DNA of 64,000 nucleotides from an uncultured Thermoleophilia bacterium. GTDB taxonomy: Bacteria > Actinomycetota > Thermoleophilia > Gaiellales > Gaiellaceae. Below, piece by piece: positions 62,412-64,000 of this stretch (its first letter is position 1; each line of letters begins with the position of its first letter). The stretch covers positions 281,619 to 345,618 of the forward strand of contig CAVPKC010000003.1 in NCBI GenBank assembly GCA_963705605.1, given 5' to 3'. The notes under the pieces are model-generated. The model was not told the origin of the DNA and did no database searches. It saw only the letters and a list, made by a program, of their open reading frames with translations. A program made the translations under genes and the position numbers.

Positions 62412-63844
62412 CCGAGCGGCTCGACCGGCGGGAGCTCCTTCGGCGCGCGGGGGCGGCAGTCACGGCGGCCGGGGCCGCCGGCTTGTGGGTCGGTCCGGCG
62501 GCTGCTGCGACGCCGCTCCGGCGGCTCGCGCGGACGCTCGACGGGGAGCTCGTCACGCGTGCGAGCCCTCGCTACCGGACGGCGAAGCAGCTCTACGACA
62601 CCCGCTTCGACGCGATCCGGCCGCTCGCGATCGCCTACTGCGAGACCGTCTCCGACGTCCAGCGCTGCGTGCGCTGGTGCGCTCGCAACCACGTGCGGCC
62701 GGCTGCACGCTCCGGCGGGCACAGCTACGGAGGCTACTCGTCCGTCGGCGACGGCCTCGTCATCGACGTCTCGAGGCTCGACCGGGTGGACGCCTCCGGA
62801 GGCACCGCCCGGATCGGGGCCGGCGCGGCGCTGGGGGACGTCTACCGGCGTCTGGCCGCCGACGGGGTCACCGTCCCGGCGGGCTCCTGTCCGTCGGTGG
62901 GCATCGCCGGGCTCGCGCTCGGCGGCGGGGTGGGGTTCTCCGCGCGCAAGCTCGGTCTCACCTGCGACTCGCTCGAGGCGCTGACGATCGTCACCGCCGA
63001 CGGCAGGGCCCGCACGTGCTCCGCCGGCACGAATCCCGACCTCTTCTGGGCCTCCCGCGGAGGAGGAGGCGGCAACTTCGGCGTCGTCACCGCCCTCACC
63101 CTCGCGACCCACCCGGTCTCGAGCGTCACGACCTACTCGGCGACGTGGCCGTGGCCGCGTGCCGCGGCCGTCGTCGACGCCTGGCAGCGGTTCGCTCCGG
63201 ACGCACCGGACGAGCTGTTCTCGGTCTGCCGGCTCGAGACGGCGCCTGGAGGCCCACGGATCGGCTCGTCCGGGCAGCTCTTCGGGAGCGAGGCCACGCT
63301 TCGCTCCCTGCTCGCGCCGCTTCTCGCCGCCGGCGAGCCCACCCAGCTCGCGGTCGTCGAGCGCCCCTACCTGGAGGCGGTTTCCTTCTTCGCGGGCGGC
63401 CCGGGTCGTGCGACGTTCGCGGCGAAGTCCGACTACGTGCGGGGGCTGCTCCCCCGGGCGGGCATCGAGATCCTCGTCCGCGCGATCGAGGCACGGCAGT
63501 CCGCCGGCGGCACGGCGGACATCCTGCTCGACTCGTACGGCGGCGCGATCAACCGCGTCCCGCCGGCGGCAACGGCCTTCGTCCACCGGCGGGAGCGGTT
63601 CTCACTCCAGGAGATCGCCTCGTGGAGCCCCGGGCGGCCGGCCGGGCCGAGCCTCGCCTGGCTGCGCGCCCTCCACGGTGCCCTGCGCCCCCACGTCTCG
63701 GGCTTCGCGTATCAGAACTACATCGACCCCGAGCTCACGACGTGGCGGCACGCCTACTACGGCGCGAACTACGGGCGGCTGAAGCGCGTCAAGCGCGCGG
63801 TCGACCCGACGAACCTCTTCCGCTTCCGCCAGAGCATCGGCTGA
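62408..63844 (+). CDS. Tat-exported FAD-binding (PCMH/BBE-type) oxidoreductase
   Basis: The ATG at 62408 overlaps the AKR stop. The Tat motif is RRELLRRAG. It also contains [12 protein letters not shown] and a C-terminal BBE-like block YQNYIDP..YYG.NY.RL..VK...DP.N.F. Confidence 0.8.
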   Translation: MTERLDRRELLRRAGAAVTAAGAAGLWVGPAAAATPLRRLARTLDGELVTRASPRYRTAKQLYDTRFDAIRPLAIAYCETVSDVQRCVRWCARNHVRPAARSGGHSYGGYSSVGDGLVIDVSRLDRVDASGGTARIGAGAALGDVYRRLAADGVTVPAGSCPSVGIAGLALGGGVGFSARKLGLTCDSLEALTIVTADGRARTCSAGTNPDLFWASRGGGGGNFGVVTALTLATHPVSSVTTYSATWPWPRAAAVVDAWQRFAPDAPDELFSVCRLETAPGGPRIGSSGQLFGSEATLRSLLAPLLAAGEPTQLAVVERPYLEAVSFFAGGPGRATFAAKSDYVRGLLPRAGIEILVRAIEARQSAGGTADILLDSYGGAINRVPPAATAFVHRRERFSLQEIASWSPGRPAGPSLAWLRALHGALRPHVSGFAYQNYIDPELTTWRHAYYGANYGRLKRVKRAVDPTNLFRFRQSIG

Positions 63845-63858
63845 GTACCCTTCGTGGG

Positions 63859-64000
63859 ATGGGCGCCACGGACACCCTCGGCCGGCCGCTGCGCGACCTG
63901 CGCATCTCGGTCACCGACCGCTGCAACTTCCGCTGCACGTACTGCATGCCGAAGGAGGTCTTCGGGCGAGGCTACGAGTTCCTGCGCCGCGACCAGCTCC
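63859..64000 (+). CDS. moaA: GTP 3',8-cyclase MoaA, N-terminal part only
   Basis: [31 protein letters not shown] carries the radical SAM CxxxCxxC motif. The ORF runs off the window. Confidence 0.85.
   Translation, partial: MGATDTLGRPLRDLRISVTDRCNFRCTYCMPKEVFGRGYEFLRRDQL

Noticed and set aside
63845-63858. Molybdenum-cofactor riboswitch upstream of moaA
   Set aside because: Only about 14 nt separate the preceding stop from the moaA ATG, which leaves no room for the aptamer.

Overview
High-GC (~70%) chromosomal segment of actinobacterial type. The markers are whiA, hspR, a SARP/AfsR-type regulator, gap-pgk-tpiA and dnaK-grpE-dnaJ-hspR-clpB. The class is not resolvable by eye. All calls come from reading the ORF track and hand translation; no database search was run, so family names rest on recognised motifs.

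Layout:
- 1-13.3 kb: a tightly coupled minus-strand operon (giant cytoplasmic PAS/GAF histidine kinase, CheY-like receiver, HEAT-repeat protein, GT2 glycosyltransferase), then small accessory enzymes.
- 13.36-25.37 kb: a ~12 kb island downstream of tRNA-Gly(CCC). It is bracketed by a perfect 48-bp direct repeat of the tRNA 3' half. It has lower GC in its central part, no recognisable integrase, and mostly decayed cargo: frameshifted SARP-ATPase-TPR regulator, two cyclase-domain fragments, a P-loop kinase with an in-frame TAG, a heavily frameshifted Res-type helicase-nuclease, and several uncharacterised ORFs.
- 25.4-64 kb: core housekeeping genes (iolC-like DUF2090, glpX, argS, M48 peptidase, ECF sigma, gpmI, tpiA, pgk, gap, whiA, ogt, pruA, uvrC, hemQ/chdC, bcp, tRNA-Leu, S8 peptidase, a GYD plus c-di-GMP response-regulator operon, clpB-hspR-dnaJ-grpE-dnaK, aldo/keto reductase, FAD oxidase, moaA start).

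Main observations:
- The tRNA-bounded island carries paired GGGCATG-N4-GGGCATG motifs just inside both ends.
- Frameshift density is strikingly patchy and breaks essential genes in blocks while neighbouring blocks are clean. This is most likely an assembly or polishing artefact, but it must be resolved before any pseudogene call.
- A 54-bp duplication of the gap 3' end flanks a perfect hairpin at the gap-pgk junction.
- Three tandem hairpins with compensatory stem changes sit after pruA.
- A dispersed REP-like hairpin occurs at two sites.

No CRISPR array, rRNA or transposase was seen. Hand-derived coordinates may be off by 1-3 nt.
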